Part shown: in pieces, positions 63,993 through 64,000 of the stretch | Layout: the number at the start of each line of letters is the position of its first letter | How positions within the stretch are numbered: position 1 is the stretch's first letter | Made by a program: the position numbers and the translations under genes | The notes under the pieces: generated by a model | What the model was told of the DNA's origin: nothing | Database searches by the model: none | The model's input: the letters and a program-made list of their open reading frames with translations, nothing else | Source: an uncultured Anaerolinea sp. | GTDB taxonomy: Bacteria; Chloroflexota; Anaerolineae; Anaerolineales; Anaerolineaceae | Direction: 5' to 3' | NCBI GenBank assembly: GCA_964428125.1 | Contig: CAYRXB010000009.1 | Location: 10,006-74,005, forward strand | Length of the DNA stretch: 64,000 nucleotides

Positions 63993-64000
63993 TGAGCAAA
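63992..64000 (+). CDS. Start of a further gene, translationally coupled (TAATG overlap); identity unknown
   Basis: ATGAGCAAA (MSK) begins inside the stop codon of the hybrid kinase. Only three codons are visible. Confidence 0.3.

Overview
This 64-kb window looks like a bacterial chromosome segment. The protein sequences and the repeat families suggest a Chloroflexota/Anaerolineae-type genome, but that is inference only. Most of it is housekeeping. It carries trmD, two tandem TPR proteins, groES-groEL behind a perfect CIRCE operator, and a PpiC-type isomerase. It also carries an orphan oligopeptide-type ABC permease pair, feoABC divergent from a DtxR-family regulator, XdhC, MgtC and a GH13 glucosidase. 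One long minus-strand operon reads nusA-ylxR-infB-rbfA-nrnA-truB, and ribF and thyX follow on the same strand after a short opposite-strand lipoprotein gene. An Ldh_2 dehydrogenase, two paralogous lipoproteins and fhs complete the core.

Three parts stand out.

(1) 8.1-14.0 kb is a compositionally mosaic islet. It holds a protein with GNxNA repeats, an AT-rich spacer with two phased short-repeat arrays, a class II Fic protein and a single-chain type IIG restriction-modification enzyme whose specificity region is an AT-rich cassette. Inverted copies of a composite REP-like repeat bracket the islet, and it abuts the groESL promoter. This is my best candidate for an undescribed accessory or defence module.

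(2) 17.8-20.0 kb encodes a 746-aa orphan protein that reads like a catalytically degraded Zn-ribbon DNA methyltransferase.

(3) 47.0-64.0 kb is a low-GC block made only of signalling genes. A REC-PAS-GGDEF gene lies divergent from a translationally coupled operon of four large sensor kinases (three share one kinase core), a single-REC protein and a double-REC protein. No DNA-binding output is present.

I saw no rRNA, tRNA, CRISPR array, transposase or integrase. Many long ORFs in the track are antisense or repeat-derived artefacts, and they are listed as rejected.
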